IMG/VR virus record: IMGVR_UViG_3300035162_003548
Coordinates: 1-56,705 of that record
DNA length: 56,705 nucleotides
Direction: 5' to 3' (one strand)
DNA from: a virus
Taxonomy: Duplodnaviria > Caudoviricetes
Below the pieces are notes generated by a model. The model saw only the letters and a program-made list of their open reading frames with translations. It was not told where the DNA came from and searched no databases. The position numbers were made by a program, and so were the translations under genes. Numbering within the stretch: the first letter of the stretch is position 1; each line of letters begins with the position of its first letter. Of this stretch, positions 1 through 8,633 are shown one piece after another.

Positions 1-1
1 C

Positions 2-298
2 ATCACCATACATTCTAGTAAGAAAAATTGATGTAGATATAAATCTATCAATTGGATTTCTAACAATTGTCATGTGAGGAATATCAGAAACATCCAAATA
101 CTTTTCATACATCTCTTTATGAAAGTGTGCTGGTTCTACACCATCAATACTTTTCCATACAAAAGAATCTTCAAGTTCAAAATTATTCGATTTGATATTT
201 TCTGTAAAAAATCTACCCGCAGTTCTGGGAATATGAATAAACAAAAATCTATTCTCAGGATTTGGAAAATTTCTAATTGTATGGCGATAGACTGGCAT
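2..298 (-). CDS. Sulfotransferase family protein (Sulfotransfer_2-like), 3' end runs off the window
   Basis: Not in the ORF track. Manual translation from ATG at 298 (TAATG overlap with the epimerase stop) gives MPVYRHTIRNFPNPENRFLFIHIPRTAGRFF...MTIVRNPIDRFISTS. This carries the 5'-PSB motif (FIHIPK/RTAG) and the 3'-PB motif (VRNPxxRxxS). Confidence 0.8.
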   Translation of the reverse strand, partial: MPVYRHTIRNFPNPENRFLFIHIPRTAGRFFTENIKSNNFELEDSFVWKSIDGVEPAHFHKEMYEKYLDVSDIPHMTIVRNPIDRFISTSIFLTRMYGD

Positions 299-1041
299 TA
301 ATTGCGATCATCAAGTTCAAACTCTTCATTAGCAGCATCCAAAATAGAAATACTTGGAAACCATCCTGTACTTAACATGATTGAAATGTCAGCAACATTA
401 TCATCAGATTCTCCTGGAGTATTTTCTTTAAGTGGAAGATCTCCTTGACCAAATACATCTGCTAGTTTCTTAACGGGAACAGATTCACCATATCCAATCG
501 GAACAGGGCCAGTCACATCACTTTCCGACAAGTAACGAATTGCCCGACAAACATCTTTGACATGAATCCAATCTCTTTTATGATTAGTTAAGTAAGTTGC
601 TTTTTTATCACGAAGTAATCCATACATCATATTAGGACGAACGTCTGGGCCATAAACTGTTGTAAACCTCATGCCCACTGAATTTTCAGGTGCCATCTGT
701 TCGTTCACCCACTTACTCATTGCATATGGGTTTTCCCAATAGTTCCCATCAACAGCACTAGATGATGCATATAAAAGACGTGTACCAGTCTTTGCACACC
801 AATCAAAAATAGGTTTTGCTTTGATTGCATTATTATTATAATACTCTTTGGGTTTTTCCAAACTCTCGCGAATGTCTGCCCATGCAGCAAGATGAATAAT
901 CAATTCATAATCACCACCATCAAATTGAGAAATATCATCAGGACGATCAAGTCCGTGAACATCGTATCCATGAGTTTTTCTCCAATCAGCAAAAACATGC
1001 CGACCAATAAAACCCCTATGTCCCGTGATTAATACTTTCAT
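298..1041 (-). CDS. NAD-dependent nucleotide-sugar epimerase/dehydratase (extended SDR)
   Basis: N-terminal LITGHRGFIG (GxxGxxG), HLAA, YASSS, catalytic YAMSK (YxxxK), RFTTVYGP, RDWIHVKD. Confidence 0.92.
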   Translation of the reverse strand: MKVLITGHRGFIGRHVFADWRKTHGYDVHGLDRPDDISQFDGGDYELIIHLAAWADIRESLEKPKEYYNNNAIKAKPIFDWCAKTGTRLLYASSSAVDGNYWENPYAMSKWVNEQMAPENSVGMRFTTVYGPDVRPNMMYGLLRDKKATYLTNHKRDWIHVKDVCRAIRYLSESDVTGPVPIGYGESVPVKKLADVFGQGDLPLKENTPGESDDNVADISIMLSTGWFPSISILDAANEEFELDDRN

Positions 1042-2750
1042 TTTACCATCCTACTAAATCCTTTAATTTTTTCAAATCGTATCACATCATCAAACCTATC
1101 CTCCATCCCACCTTTATGTGAGATGACAAATATATTTGCGTCTTTAACTACAAACCGAATAATTTTTAAGAATTCTTCTGTTCCTTGGCCATCAAGTGAA
1201 CTGTCAAATACTTCATCTAAAATCATAAGGTTAGTGGATATAGAGTTTTTAAACTTAGCAACTTCTCTCCAAGTGAATAAAAGTGCTAGATCAATTCTCT
1301 GTTTCTCACCTTCACTAAAAGAAGCATATGAAAAATCTTCATGTATCGGTGATTGGACGGTTTCATTAAACTCGTCATCAAGAGTAAAATTAATGTAAAA
1401 ATCCATCATCTGTAGATAACGGTTTACTTGCTGATTTATCAGCGGTATGTACTTCTTGATGATTTTAGTTTTAACTCCACCGTCTTTAAGTAGACTATAA
1501 GAAAAGTCGTAGTAGTTAATTGTGTCTTTTTTTGAGGCTAGTTCGTCGTATGTAGTTTTTAAATTATCTTTGAAGGTTTCTAGTTTCTCATGTTCAGTAT
1601 TTCTGTTTGCAAGTTGTTCGGTAAGTCTCTGAACTTCCGATTCCAGATCCCTGATCTGTCGGTGACATCCAGATATCCTAGTATTGTTTTGAGAAATGCC
1701 ATTGTTGAGTTTAGTAATCTCCTTTGATAGTGCAGTGAATTGACGCTCTCTTTCTTGTTCGTTTTTAATTGCCTCTTCTAGTTCTTGATAACCAGATTGC
1801 AACTCGTTAGATTTATTTTGTGCGTCTTCAATCTTATTTATTCTGAAGTCTTCGTCAATTGATTGCGTACAAGTAGGACAAACCGAATTTTCTGTAAAAA
1901 ATTTATGTTCCTTAGTAATACTTGATACTTTCTGCGATATTTTTCCTTTTATGTTACTTAACTTTTTTAATTTTTCTGTAGCTCCAGTAACACATTCCTG
2001 CTCCTTTACAAATTTATAAATGTCTTCTTCTGTTATAGAGTTCTCTTTCATGTAGAGAACTACTTCTTCATCTAATTTAGAAATTTTTAATTTTTTATCT
2101 TGAATATTATTTTTTCCTCTACTTTCAATTTCTTCAATAAAGTTGGTTTGCATTTCAACTTTATCATTCAGAGATTCTTTTTTTAATTCAAGAGTTCTAA
2201 TTTTTTCTTTTAATTGGCGAATTTTATCTTTAATTATATTATTCATTGAAGAGAAAATTTTGATATCCAAAAGATCTTCAATCACTTCCCTACGATTAGC
2301 AGCAGTTAATTGCATAAAAGGGACAAAAGTACTGCTACCCAGAATTACAATCTGAGTAAATGATTTATAATTCATTTTAATAACAGACTGCTCTAACCAT
2401 TTTTGTTGGTCTAAAGAAGCTGCTTTCTGATCTAGAAGAACATCATTTCTATAAATTTCAAAAATATTTGGTTTGATACCACGAACAACTTTCCAATTAG
2501 TAGTTCCAATAGAAAAAATAACTTCAACTACACAATCTTTTTCATTAGTGGAGTTTATAAGTTGTGGTTTATTAATTTTTCGAAATGGTTTACCAAATAG
2601 AGAAAAAGTAAGTGCATCAAGAACTGTACTCTTACCAGCACCATTTGTGCCTATAATGAGAGTTGTTGAAGTTTTTTGAAAGTTAACTTCGGTAAATTGA
2701 TTTCCGGTAGAAAGAAAGTTCCGCCACTTGACCTTTTCAAAGATTATCAT
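1038..2750 (-). CDS. gp46: Recombination endonuclease subunit, Rad50/SbcC-like ATPase
   Basis: Walker A GTNGAGKST, long coiled coil with zinc-hook CPTC, signature FSEGEK, Walker B ILDEVFD; lies near gp47. Confidence 0.97.
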   Translation of the reverse strand: MIIFEKVKWRNFLSTGNQFTEVNFQKTSTTLIIGTNGAGKSTVLDALTFSLFGKPFRKINKPQLINSTNEKDCVVEVIFSIGTTNWKVVRGIKPNIFEIYRNDVLLDQKAASLDQQKWLEQSVIKMNYKSFTQIVILGSSTFVPFMQLTAANRREVIEDLLDIKIFSSMNNIIKDKIRQLKEKIRTLELKKESLNDKVEMQTNFIEEIESRGKNNIQDKKLKISKLDEEVVLYMKENSITEEDIYKFVKEQECVTGATEKLKKLSNIKGKISQKVSSITKEHKFFTENSVCPTCTQSIDEDFRINKIEDAQNKSNELQSGYQELEEAIKNEQERERQFTALSKEITKLNNGISQNNTRISGCHRQIRDLESEVQRLTEQLANRNTEHEKLETFKDNLKTTYDELASKKDTINYYDFSYSLLKDGGVKTKIIKKYIPLINQQVNRYLQMMDFYINFTLDDEFNETVQSPIHEDFSYASFSEGEKQRIDLALLFTWREVAKFKNSISTNLMILDEVFDSSLDGQGTEEFLKIIRFVVKDANIFVISHKGGMEDRFDDVIRFEKIKGFSRMVK

Positions 2751-3201
2751 TGATGTATTGAATCATACTGTGGAGTGTGTTTGTATTTTCCTTAAGGAGG
2801 CCCAAACTTGTGTTGCAACTCCTACACAATAAACCACGAACCTTACCTGTAGTATGGCAGTGGTCTATTTGTGGTTTGTCTAGGTGACAACTACAGATTT
2901 TACAAACAGAATTCTGCTCTACAATCATAGTAGAAAATTGTTCTGTTGTCAATCCGTATTGAGTTTTAAGTTTATATGCCCTATGATATTCGGGGTCCCT
3001 TTTTCGTCGTCTATGCCTTTTTGTTTCTATCGGCAATTCGTGGTATTTTTCTAGTTGTTGTTTCTTATAGCATTCTTTACAATGTGCTTTATAAACATCA
3101 GTGGTTCGTGTATATCCATCCTTGCCGACATAACCAGCCTTCTGTGCTAGGTGATATTTAGAAAGTGGTTTTTCAATACCACACGACTTACAGACTTTCA
3201 T
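2737..3201 (-). CDS. Endonuclease VII-family (HNH) endonuclease with N-terminal zinc finger, probable free-standing homing endonuclease
   Basis: C-terminal CKIC...IDHCHTTGKVRGLLCRSCNTSLG (EndoVII motif); N-terminal CKSC...CKEC; inserted between gp47 and gp46. Confidence 0.85.
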   Translation of the reverse strand: MKVCKSCGIEKPLSKYHLAQKAGYVGKDGYTRTTDVYKAHCKECYKKQQLEKYHELPIETKRHRRRKRDPEYHRAYKLKTQYGLTTEQFSTMIVEQNSVCKICSCHLDKPQIDHCHTTGKVRGLLCRSCNTSLGLLKENTNTLHSMIQYINDNL

Positions 3202-3204
3202 AAA

Positions 3205-3250
3205 GTAGAATAACTTATTACATTATATAGTTATTCTACAATTTATGCAA
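3205..3250 (-). promoter_or_regulatory. Sigma70-like promoter overlapped by an 11-bp hairpin directly upstream of the endonuclease start
   Basis: Minus strand TTGCAT (3250-3245)-N17-TATAAT (3227-3222); inverted repeat GTAGAATAACT 3205-3215 / AGTTATTCTAC 3229-3239. Confidence 0.65.
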
Positions 3251-3255
3251 CTTTT

Positions 3256-3528
3256 TCAAATAAAATCATGATTAGGTATTGCTGGAGGAACTACAATATC
3301 GTTTTTTGTTATAATCGTATAATTATATCCTTTAACTTCACAAATTGCCATCATAGCATCACCTTCAATTTCAAGTACATTAGTATCAGGGTAGTCTTCT
3401 TCCATCAACATAGAATATCTATTGGCATCATCTTCTTCTTCAAAAATGTATAAAATTTGATTTCCATTTTCGTCCTGAACGGAATATACTCCAGAGGTTT
3501 CTTTATCCTCTATAGTCAGAATAAACAT
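3256..3528 (-). CDS. DUF3110-like protein (cyanobacterial family)
   Basis: GVYSV...ILYIFEEEDDANRYSMLME...C...GY...VVPP resembles the DUF3110 pattern (FExEDDAxRY). Confidence 0.65.
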   Translation of the reverse strand: MFILTIEDKETSGVYSVQDENGNQILYIFEEEDDANRYSMLMEEDYPDTNVLEIEGDAMMAICEVKGYNYTIITKNDIVVPPAIPNHDFI

Positions 3529-4568
3529 TATGTCAACTCACATGCCTCTTTATAAATTTCTTGAATTACTTTTTGAATAATAGATTTTTCCAAATTAACT
3601 TCAGATTCTTCAATATACCTATTCAAGATTGACAATGTGTCTTCAGATTCAAAGGCTTCAAAATCCTCATTTTCTTGAAGTTGAAAATTTTCAACAACTT
3701 TTAACTCAAATACTCCAACATTATACAACTTATCAATAAATTTTTCAAACTTTTTTGTATCTGTTTTTTTACGTACAATTACTTTAACAATTTTATTATC
3801 ATATTCGCGAACGTCAAATGTTTGATAGTTCGTATCTTCGTAATAGATATTATAGAACATTCTATTAGGATTATTGACATACTCCCATTCCAGAGTATCA
3901 GTGTCAAAAATTACAAATCCACGAGGATCATTCACATCATTCCAGAACATCTCATAAGGATTTCCTAGGTAGAAGATTTTTCCGTTGTCTGACCGTGTAT
4001 GGTAGTGTCCCGAAAACACTTTGTCGAACTTGTCAAATAAGTCGCACGCCATACCATCTTCCATGACGTGTCCACGATGCGCTCTGAATCCGTTGAGCTC
4101 AAGGTGCCCCATCGCACATATGCTATCAGTAGTTTTGACAGCCTTGACAGTATCCTCAAAGTTTTCTGCATTGATCCAAGGAATAAAAAGAACTTTAAGT
4201 TTATCAAGAACAATCTCAGTGCTTTTAGAATATATTTTTACATTAGCATATTCACGTAACAAAAGATCTACTGCATTTACATCATTCGTGTTTTTATAGT
4301 ATGCAGTGTGATTACCGACAACAGTGTGAACTTCAACTCCCATGTTGCAGAGTCTGTCATAATAATTATCTTTTGCCCAAGATAGTGCAGAAAAATCAAT
4401 ACCCTTTCTACTATCAAAAGTATCTCCCATGTCAATGACAGTGGTGATTCCTTCTTTCTCTAGTGTTGGAAAAAAGATTTCATTATAGAACTTTAAAAAA
4501 TAATCATGAAAATGTTTTGAGTTTTTTCTAGCTCCAAAATGTTGGTCTGTTATGATGGCAACTTTCAT
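3528..4568 (-). CDS. gp47: Recombination endonuclease subunit, Mre11/SbcD-like nuclease
   Basis: Metallophosphoesterase motifs TDQHFG, GDTFD, VGNH, GHLE, SGHYH; ATG at 4568 preferred over TTG at 4571. Confidence 0.97.
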   Translation of the reverse strand: MKVAIITDQHFGARKNSKHFHDYFLKFYNEIFFPTLEKEGITTVIDMGDTFDSRKGIDFSALSWAKDNYYDRLCNMGVEVHTVVGNHTAYYKNTNDVNAVDLLLREYANVKIYSKSTEIVLDKLKVLFIPWINAENFEDTVKAVKTTDSICAMGHLELNGFRAHRGHVMEDGMACDLFDKFDKVFSGHYHTRSDNGKIFYLGNPYEMFWNDVNDPRGFVIFDTDTLEWEYVNNPNRMFYNIYYEDTNYQTFDVREYDNKIVKVIVRKKTDTKKFEKFIDKLYNVGVFELKVVENFQLQENEDFEAFESEDTLSILNRYIEESEVNLEKSIIQKVIQEIYKEACELT

Positions 4569-4571
4569 CAA

Positions 4572-5108
4572 TTAATAACGTAATTTGCTGTGTACAGCAT
4601 CTTTGATTTGATTATAGTCCGAATAGGATCCACCGTCAACCCCGTCCTCACTGAAAACTTCACTGAATCCAGACCTTTCAAGAATTTTATTTTTAATTTC
4701 TAACTGTCTTTTCTCTCGCTGAATACGACGCAGAAAAGCATAATGAATAATCTGAGTGAAATACGCAAAGGGATTCTGGGATTTCTCTGTGTCAAAGTTA
4801 TGTATATACTGAACGCAGTTCTCAATTCCGTCAGAGATCATGTCCTCTTTGAACATATAGTTGACGAAATTTGGTTTGAATGATAGATGATTTGCAATCT
4901 TTAGAAAGCACTCACCAATATAACGTGGAATAGGGGGTTTAGTATCCCAACGTGATCCTCTATCCTTTTTAGTCGGCTCTCTTCCAAATTTTTTAATAAA
5001 TGTAATTTCAACTTCACTTTGATAATATGTAAGTGCTGCTAAAAATTCTTTATTATTAACGTAATGCTCTGATCTTTTACGTTTTGCCATAGTTCCCGAT
5101 TTAATCAT
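4572..5108 (-). CDS. gp55: Late transcription sigma factor
   Basis: HYVNNKEFL, IGECFLKIA, PNFVNY, MISDGIENC, NPFAYFTQI...AFLRRI. Confidence 0.96.
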   Translation of the reverse strand: MIKSGTMAKRKRSEHYVNNKEFLAALTYYQSEVEITFIKKFGREPTKKDRGSRWDTKPPIPRYIGECFLKIANHLSFKPNFVNYMFKEDMISDGIENCVQYIHNFDTEKSQNPFAYFTQIIHYAFLRRIQREKRQLEIKNKILERSGFSEVFSEDGVDGGSYSDYNQIKDAVHSKLRY

Positions 5109-5136
5109 AAAAAAATATTATCACTATTATGTAGAT

Positions 5137-5165
5137 AGTATAACATTTCCAATCTATAATAGCAA
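5137..5165 (-). promoter_or_regulatory. Sigma70-like (early) promoter for the gp55-gp47-gp46 operon
   Basis: Minus strand TTGCTA-N17-TATACT with an extended -10 TGn. Confidence 0.65.
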
Positions 5166-5167
5166 GC

Positions 5168-5196
5168 TTGACACACTATCAAATATTCACTATAAT
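5168..5196 (+). promoter_or_regulatory. Perfect-consensus sigma70 promoter oriented antisense to the uvsW operon
   Basis: TTGACA (5168-5173)-N17-TATAAT (5191-5196) on the plus strand; no credible plus-strand CDS downstream. Confidence 0.75.
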
Positions 5197-5224
5197 AACT
5201 CTGTTAGGGTTGATAAGGATTGTA

Positions 5225-5617
5225 TTAGCTCTTTTTGTAGAGCTTCTCTAAAATGTCTTTAGCATCATTAACTGTAGATATATACCCCATCTCTCTTGTT
5301 ATTTTTGGTTGACCTGTTTTTTCTCTATCGGAATCTTGTACAAATTGTTGATATATTGATATCATTTCAAAATCAGAGGATTCTGATAGGGTCAGTACAT
5401 CATCTAAATTTATAATAAACAAATCTTCTTTGGTTGTTTTTAACCATGGTTCTACTTTATATCCAGCTAAACCAGTTCTTGTCTTTACTTCAACAATAGT
5501 AATTGGATTAGAAATAAGAAGCATAGTTCTATTTTCTTCTTCAGAGGCTGCTACTTTAGCATAGATCTCTTCTCCAGATTTAAATTTAATCGTTGCGTAG
5601 AAATCGTCTTCAATCAT
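5225..5617 (-). CDS. Conserved T4-like phage protein between uvsW and gp55, possible Sm-like fold
   Basis: IKFKSGEEIYAKV...ISNP...VEPWL...INLDDVL pattern; ATGA overlap with uvsW. Confidence 0.7.
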   Translation of the reverse strand: MIEDDFYATIKFKSGEEIYAKVAASEEENRTMLLISNPITIVEVKTRTGLAGYKVEPWLKTTKEDLFIINLDDVLTLSESSDFEMISIYQQFVQDSDREKTGQPKITREMGYISTVNDAKDILEKLYKKS

Positions 5618-7089
5618 ACTTTTAATTGGATAGTTATTATCTCATAGTTAAAATTTTCTTCGTTATATATTTTAATTCTTTCAATGAGATGGTTTAGGGT
5701 GTAATTTCGTCTTGACTTATGTGTACAATCATCAGAGATGTCATAGAGGATTGCCTTAGTTTTATCTTTTCCTTTTCTAAGAACTCTTCCAATAGATTGT
5801 AGATTTCTTACTCTTGATTTTGATGGAGATGCAAAGATAACGTTATGAAGATTTTTAATATTAATACCAGTAGAAAAAGTTCCATAAGAGGCAACGATAA
5901 TTGCATCATTTTCTCGTTCAGTTATTTCTCTGACTAACTCTCTTTCCTCAGCATCTACTCCTCCGTGAATAAAAAATGCTTTTCTATTAGCCTCTTTGTT
6001 AGTATTTATCTTTTCAAAGAGTATGGCACCATGAGATTCAACTCTTTGAAACAGCACAAGAGTATTTCCTTTTAAATCAAGAGTTAAATTTTTTATAAAA
6101 TTATTTCTCTTTTCATGAGAAATTAAATACTGAATTTCATCTTCATATGTTTCAAATATTTGTGGATTGTGTTTGAGGATTAAACACTGAATATCAAGTT
6201 GAGATAGATGTCCTTGCCTCATCAACTCATCAGTTTTAGTGACTTTATATGATGGACCAAATAAACCTTCTAACACCCACTTATGAGTTTGTGTACCATC
6301 CAATGTTCCAGTAAATCCAAATCTATATTTTGCATGATGCAATTTTGTCATTATAGATATTAAAGATTTACTTTTAAAAAGATGAGCTTCGTCTCCAATT
6401 ATAACATTAAATTCTTCAAAGAATTTTCTATCTAGTTTATAAACTGATTGCCATGTTGTAATTGTTACTGGAGCATCATTACTCTTTTCTCTACCCGAAT
6501 AGATACGGTGGCAATATGAATCAGCATTCCAACCATAATCTTGAAAGTCCTTATACATCTGCTCTACAAGAGATGTCGTTGGAACAACTAGCAAGATTTT
6601 TTGACCTTTGTCAACGTAATATCTTACAAGAGAATAAATCATCAGAGATTTGCCGCTTGCAGTGGGTGATATCAATAGTTTTCTATTGTGTCTTAAAGCA
6701 TCGTATACTCCCTCAATCTGATACTTCCTTGGAGAATGAGAGCATATAGATTTCATATAATCTTTAACACCTTCATATGAAATTCCATTATTAACCTCAA
6801 ATGGAATTCCATAGAATTTATTATCTTCAAACTTATAACTATATCCGTAATTTTCACAGAACTGAACAATCTTATCTAAAAGACCAACATAGATCTGTTT
6901 GGACCGCATATCGTAAAGGTGAATCTCTCCGTTCCAGTTCCTTCCACGATACTGTGGCATAAATTTTGCATTCGGAACCTCAAACTTAAAGTGATCTCTA
7001 AGTTCGTACTCTATATGAGGTTCTGTATTGATCTTTAAAAATACTTCGTTTGATTTGGATATAACAAGATTGGCTGTCGTATCAATCAC
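5614..7089 (-). CDS. uvsW: UvsW SF2 DNA/RNA-DNA helicase
   Basis: SPTASGKS, VPTTSLVEQM, GDEAH, FGFTGT, YGTFSTGINI, QSIGRVLR. Confidence 0.97.
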   Translation of the reverse strand: MIDTTANLVISKSNEVFLKINTEPHIEYELRDHFKFEVPNAKFMPQYRGRNWNGEIHLYDMRSKQIYVGLLDKIVQFCENYGYSYKFEDNKFYGIPFEVNNGISYEGVKDYMKSICSHSPRKYQIEGVYDALRHNRKLLISPTASGKSLMIYSLVRYYVDKGQKILLVVPTTSLVEQMYKDFQDYGWNADSYCHRIYSGREKSNDAPVTITTWQSVYKLDRKFFEEFNVIIGDEAHLFKSKSLISIMTKLHHAKYRFGFTGTLDGTQTHKWVLEGLFGPSYKVTKTDELMRQGHLSQLDIQCLILKHNPQIFETYEDEIQYLISHEKRNNFIKNLTLDLKGNTLVLFQRVESHGAILFEKINTNKEANRKAFFIHGGVDAEERELVREITERENDAIIVASYGTFSTGINIKNLHNVIFASPSKSRVRNLQSIGRVLRKGKDKTKAILYDISDDCTHKSRRNYTLNHLIERIKIYNEENFNYEIITIQLKV

Positions 7090-7110
7090 ATAGATCCATT
7101 CATCTACAAA

Positions 7111-7117
7111 TATTTAT
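7111..7117 (-). promoter_or_regulatory. Late promoter (ATAAATA) for uvsW
   Basis: TAATAAATA on the minus strand about 20 nt upstream of the uvsW start; matches the gp55 late core. Confidence 0.55.
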
Positions 7118-7329
7118 TACATATTGTCAAACTTATATTCTAATATCATTCTATACAACGAATCTCTCAAGTACCAAAGATGTTGTTGTTCCATTGGAGG
7201 TCTTGAAGGAGATCCTTCCCAAGTTTCAATTCTTTTTAAAACACAGTGATGTAAGAGGTGAATATCCTCTATTGTCAGACTAACTGTGTAGTCAAAATCT
7301 TGACTTGGTTCAAACTCATCACCCATCAA
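7117..7329 (-). CDS. Hypothetical protein
   Basis: 70-aa ORF overlapping the uvsY stop and filling the uvsY-uvsW gap. Confidence 0.65.
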   Translation of the reverse strand: MMGDEFEPSQDFDYTVSLTIEDIHLLHHCVLKRIETWEGSPSRPPMEQQHLWYLRDSLYRMILEYKFDNM

Positions 7330-7763
7330 CCTAATCCTGAATTGAATCTCATAAACTCAATAGCATTTTTAATTTGATAAGTTCTATTGGTTATCTGCTT
7401 TAAGATATTCTCAATATATACGAGCACCGTGTCGTAGTAATCAATCTTTAAACATACTGTAGATAGTTTTTCGTCTGCATCTAGATACTTTTGCATTGTA
7501 TCTTTATCTCTAATTTTTTTGGGGAATGGAGAGTCAACATATACTTCAGGATCTGCTTTACCACTGAAATATTCATATCTTTCATGTCTTATATTTTTTC
7601 TTTGTTGCTCTGCTTTTTTTCTTAGTAAAAAAAGTGTATTATATAGATCAAAGTATTTTGCATGAAGAGATGGGATATTCAAAGATTCTGTATGTAAATT
7701 GTCTAGATCTATTTTTGAATCCTTTTCCCACATCTCTTGAATTGAATCAAGGTCAATGCTCAT
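7326..7763 (-). CDS. uvsY: Recombination mediator UvsY
   Basis: WEKDSKID...ESLNIPSLHAKY...YFSGKA...YLDAD...IKNAIEFMRFNSG; located between gp3 and uvsW. Confidence 0.92.
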   Translation of the reverse strand: MSIDLDSIQEMWEKDSKIDLDNLHTESLNIPSLHAKYFDLYNTLFLLRKKAEQQRKNIRHERYEYFSGKADPEVYVDSPFPKKIRDKDTMQKYLDADEKLSTVCLKIDYYDTVLVYIENILKQITNRTYQIKNAIEFMRFNSGLG

Positions 7764-8320
7764 AATTTTTTGCCAGTTAAGTCTGTCAAGTCATAGCTAG
7801 TATACTTGAGACTTACGTCTGCTGTAAAGTATTGAATATCCGTATCAGTAGCATCAAAGGTAAGAGTTGTCAATGAATATGGAAATAAGTCTTTGAAATT
7901 TACATTAAACTTTGCGACTAGATTACTACTTAGAATTTGAAGTGTTCCATCAGAGTAAATGTTTCTCTTATCTCTAGAGTAGTTTCCTCTATGATCGGAT
8001 TCAGCTTCAAGATCTCTAAATTCTTGATTTTCTTCAGGAAATCCTAGACCTCTCATCCAATTTTGTATCTCCATATAATTTTCAAGATTTTCGTCAACCA
8101 AAAATCTTAAAGTCAAATCACCAAAATCAAGTTTATCTCCAGGAGTTGGAATATCTCTTAGGTAGTTTGGTTGAACAGCAACTCCAAGATTTATGTCTGG
8201 AACATTTGCTTGATTACAAAAAAATGCTACCTTAGGACTTCTTCTCATAGAAAATTTGAAACCTACAGGTGCAAGAAAATTTCTATTTTCTATCTGACCA
8301 TATGGATTTGCTTTTGCCAT
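7760..8320 (-). CDS. gp3: Tail completion / tube terminator protein
   Basis: NFLAPVGFKF, NVPDINLG, PGDKLDFGDLTLRFLVDENLENYMEIQNWM; ATG at 8320 overlaps the stop of the upstream micro-ORF. Confidence 0.9.
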   Translation of the reverse strand: MAKANPYGQIENRNFLAPVGFKFSMRRSPKVAFFCNQANVPDINLGVAVQPNYLRDIPTPGDKLDFGDLTLRFLVDENLENYMEIQNWMRGLGFPEENQEFRDLEAESDHRGNYSRDKRNIYSDGTLQILSSNLVAKFNVNFKDLFPYSLTTLTFDATDTDIQYFTADVSLKYTSYDLTDLTGKKL

Positions 8321-8409
8321 CACCTATACCCCATAAATTGTTGAAATGTTCTTCTAAGTCTTACTGCAGTTTTTTGTGCTTCAGAAATGAAAGATTTAAA
8401 ATTTTTCAT
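8320..8409 (-). CDS. 29-aa micro-ORF with a capsid-targeting-like N terminus, putative internal head peptide
   Basis: Not in the track. MKNFKSFISEAQKTAVRLRRTFQQFMGYR*; start and stop overlap both neighbours (TAATG, TGATG). Confidence 0.65.
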   Translation of the reverse strand: MKNFKSFISEAQKTAVRLRRTFQQFMGYR

Positions 8410-8633
8410 TACTCACCGCCATTGCCATTCCCATTTCCATTACCACTATCATCATTCCCAGAGTCTCCGTTATTATTCCCATTACCATTTTTTGAACCTC
8501 CACCAAAACGGGAATATCGATATGAATTAGATTTAGTTGATTTCTTGGGTTGACAAGATTTTGACTTATCATCAAAATAATATCCCTTAGGGCATTGATT
8601 AGCCTCTTTAATAAAAGAATCTAACGTTTTCAT
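8409..8633 (-). CDS. Small protein with capsid-targeting-like N terminus, Cys motif and Gly/Asn-rich tail, putative internal head protein
   Basis: Likely start ATG 8633 (ATGA overlap): MKTLDSFIKEANQCPKGYYFDDKSKSCQP...NGNGNGNGGE. Confidence 0.7.
   Translation of the reverse strand: MKTLDSFIKEANQCPKGYYFDDKSKSCQPKKSTKSNSYRYSRFGGGSKNGNGNNNGDSGNDDSGNGNGNGNGGE

Noticed and set aside
74-301. Plus-strand 75-aa ORF in the track
   Set aside because: Antisense shadow of the minus-strand sulfotransferase, which has clear motifs and a coupled start
6462-6749. Plus-strand ORF as a possible product of the antisense promoter at 5168
   Set aside because: More than 1.2 kb from the promoter, inside uvsW, TTG start and no recognisable features
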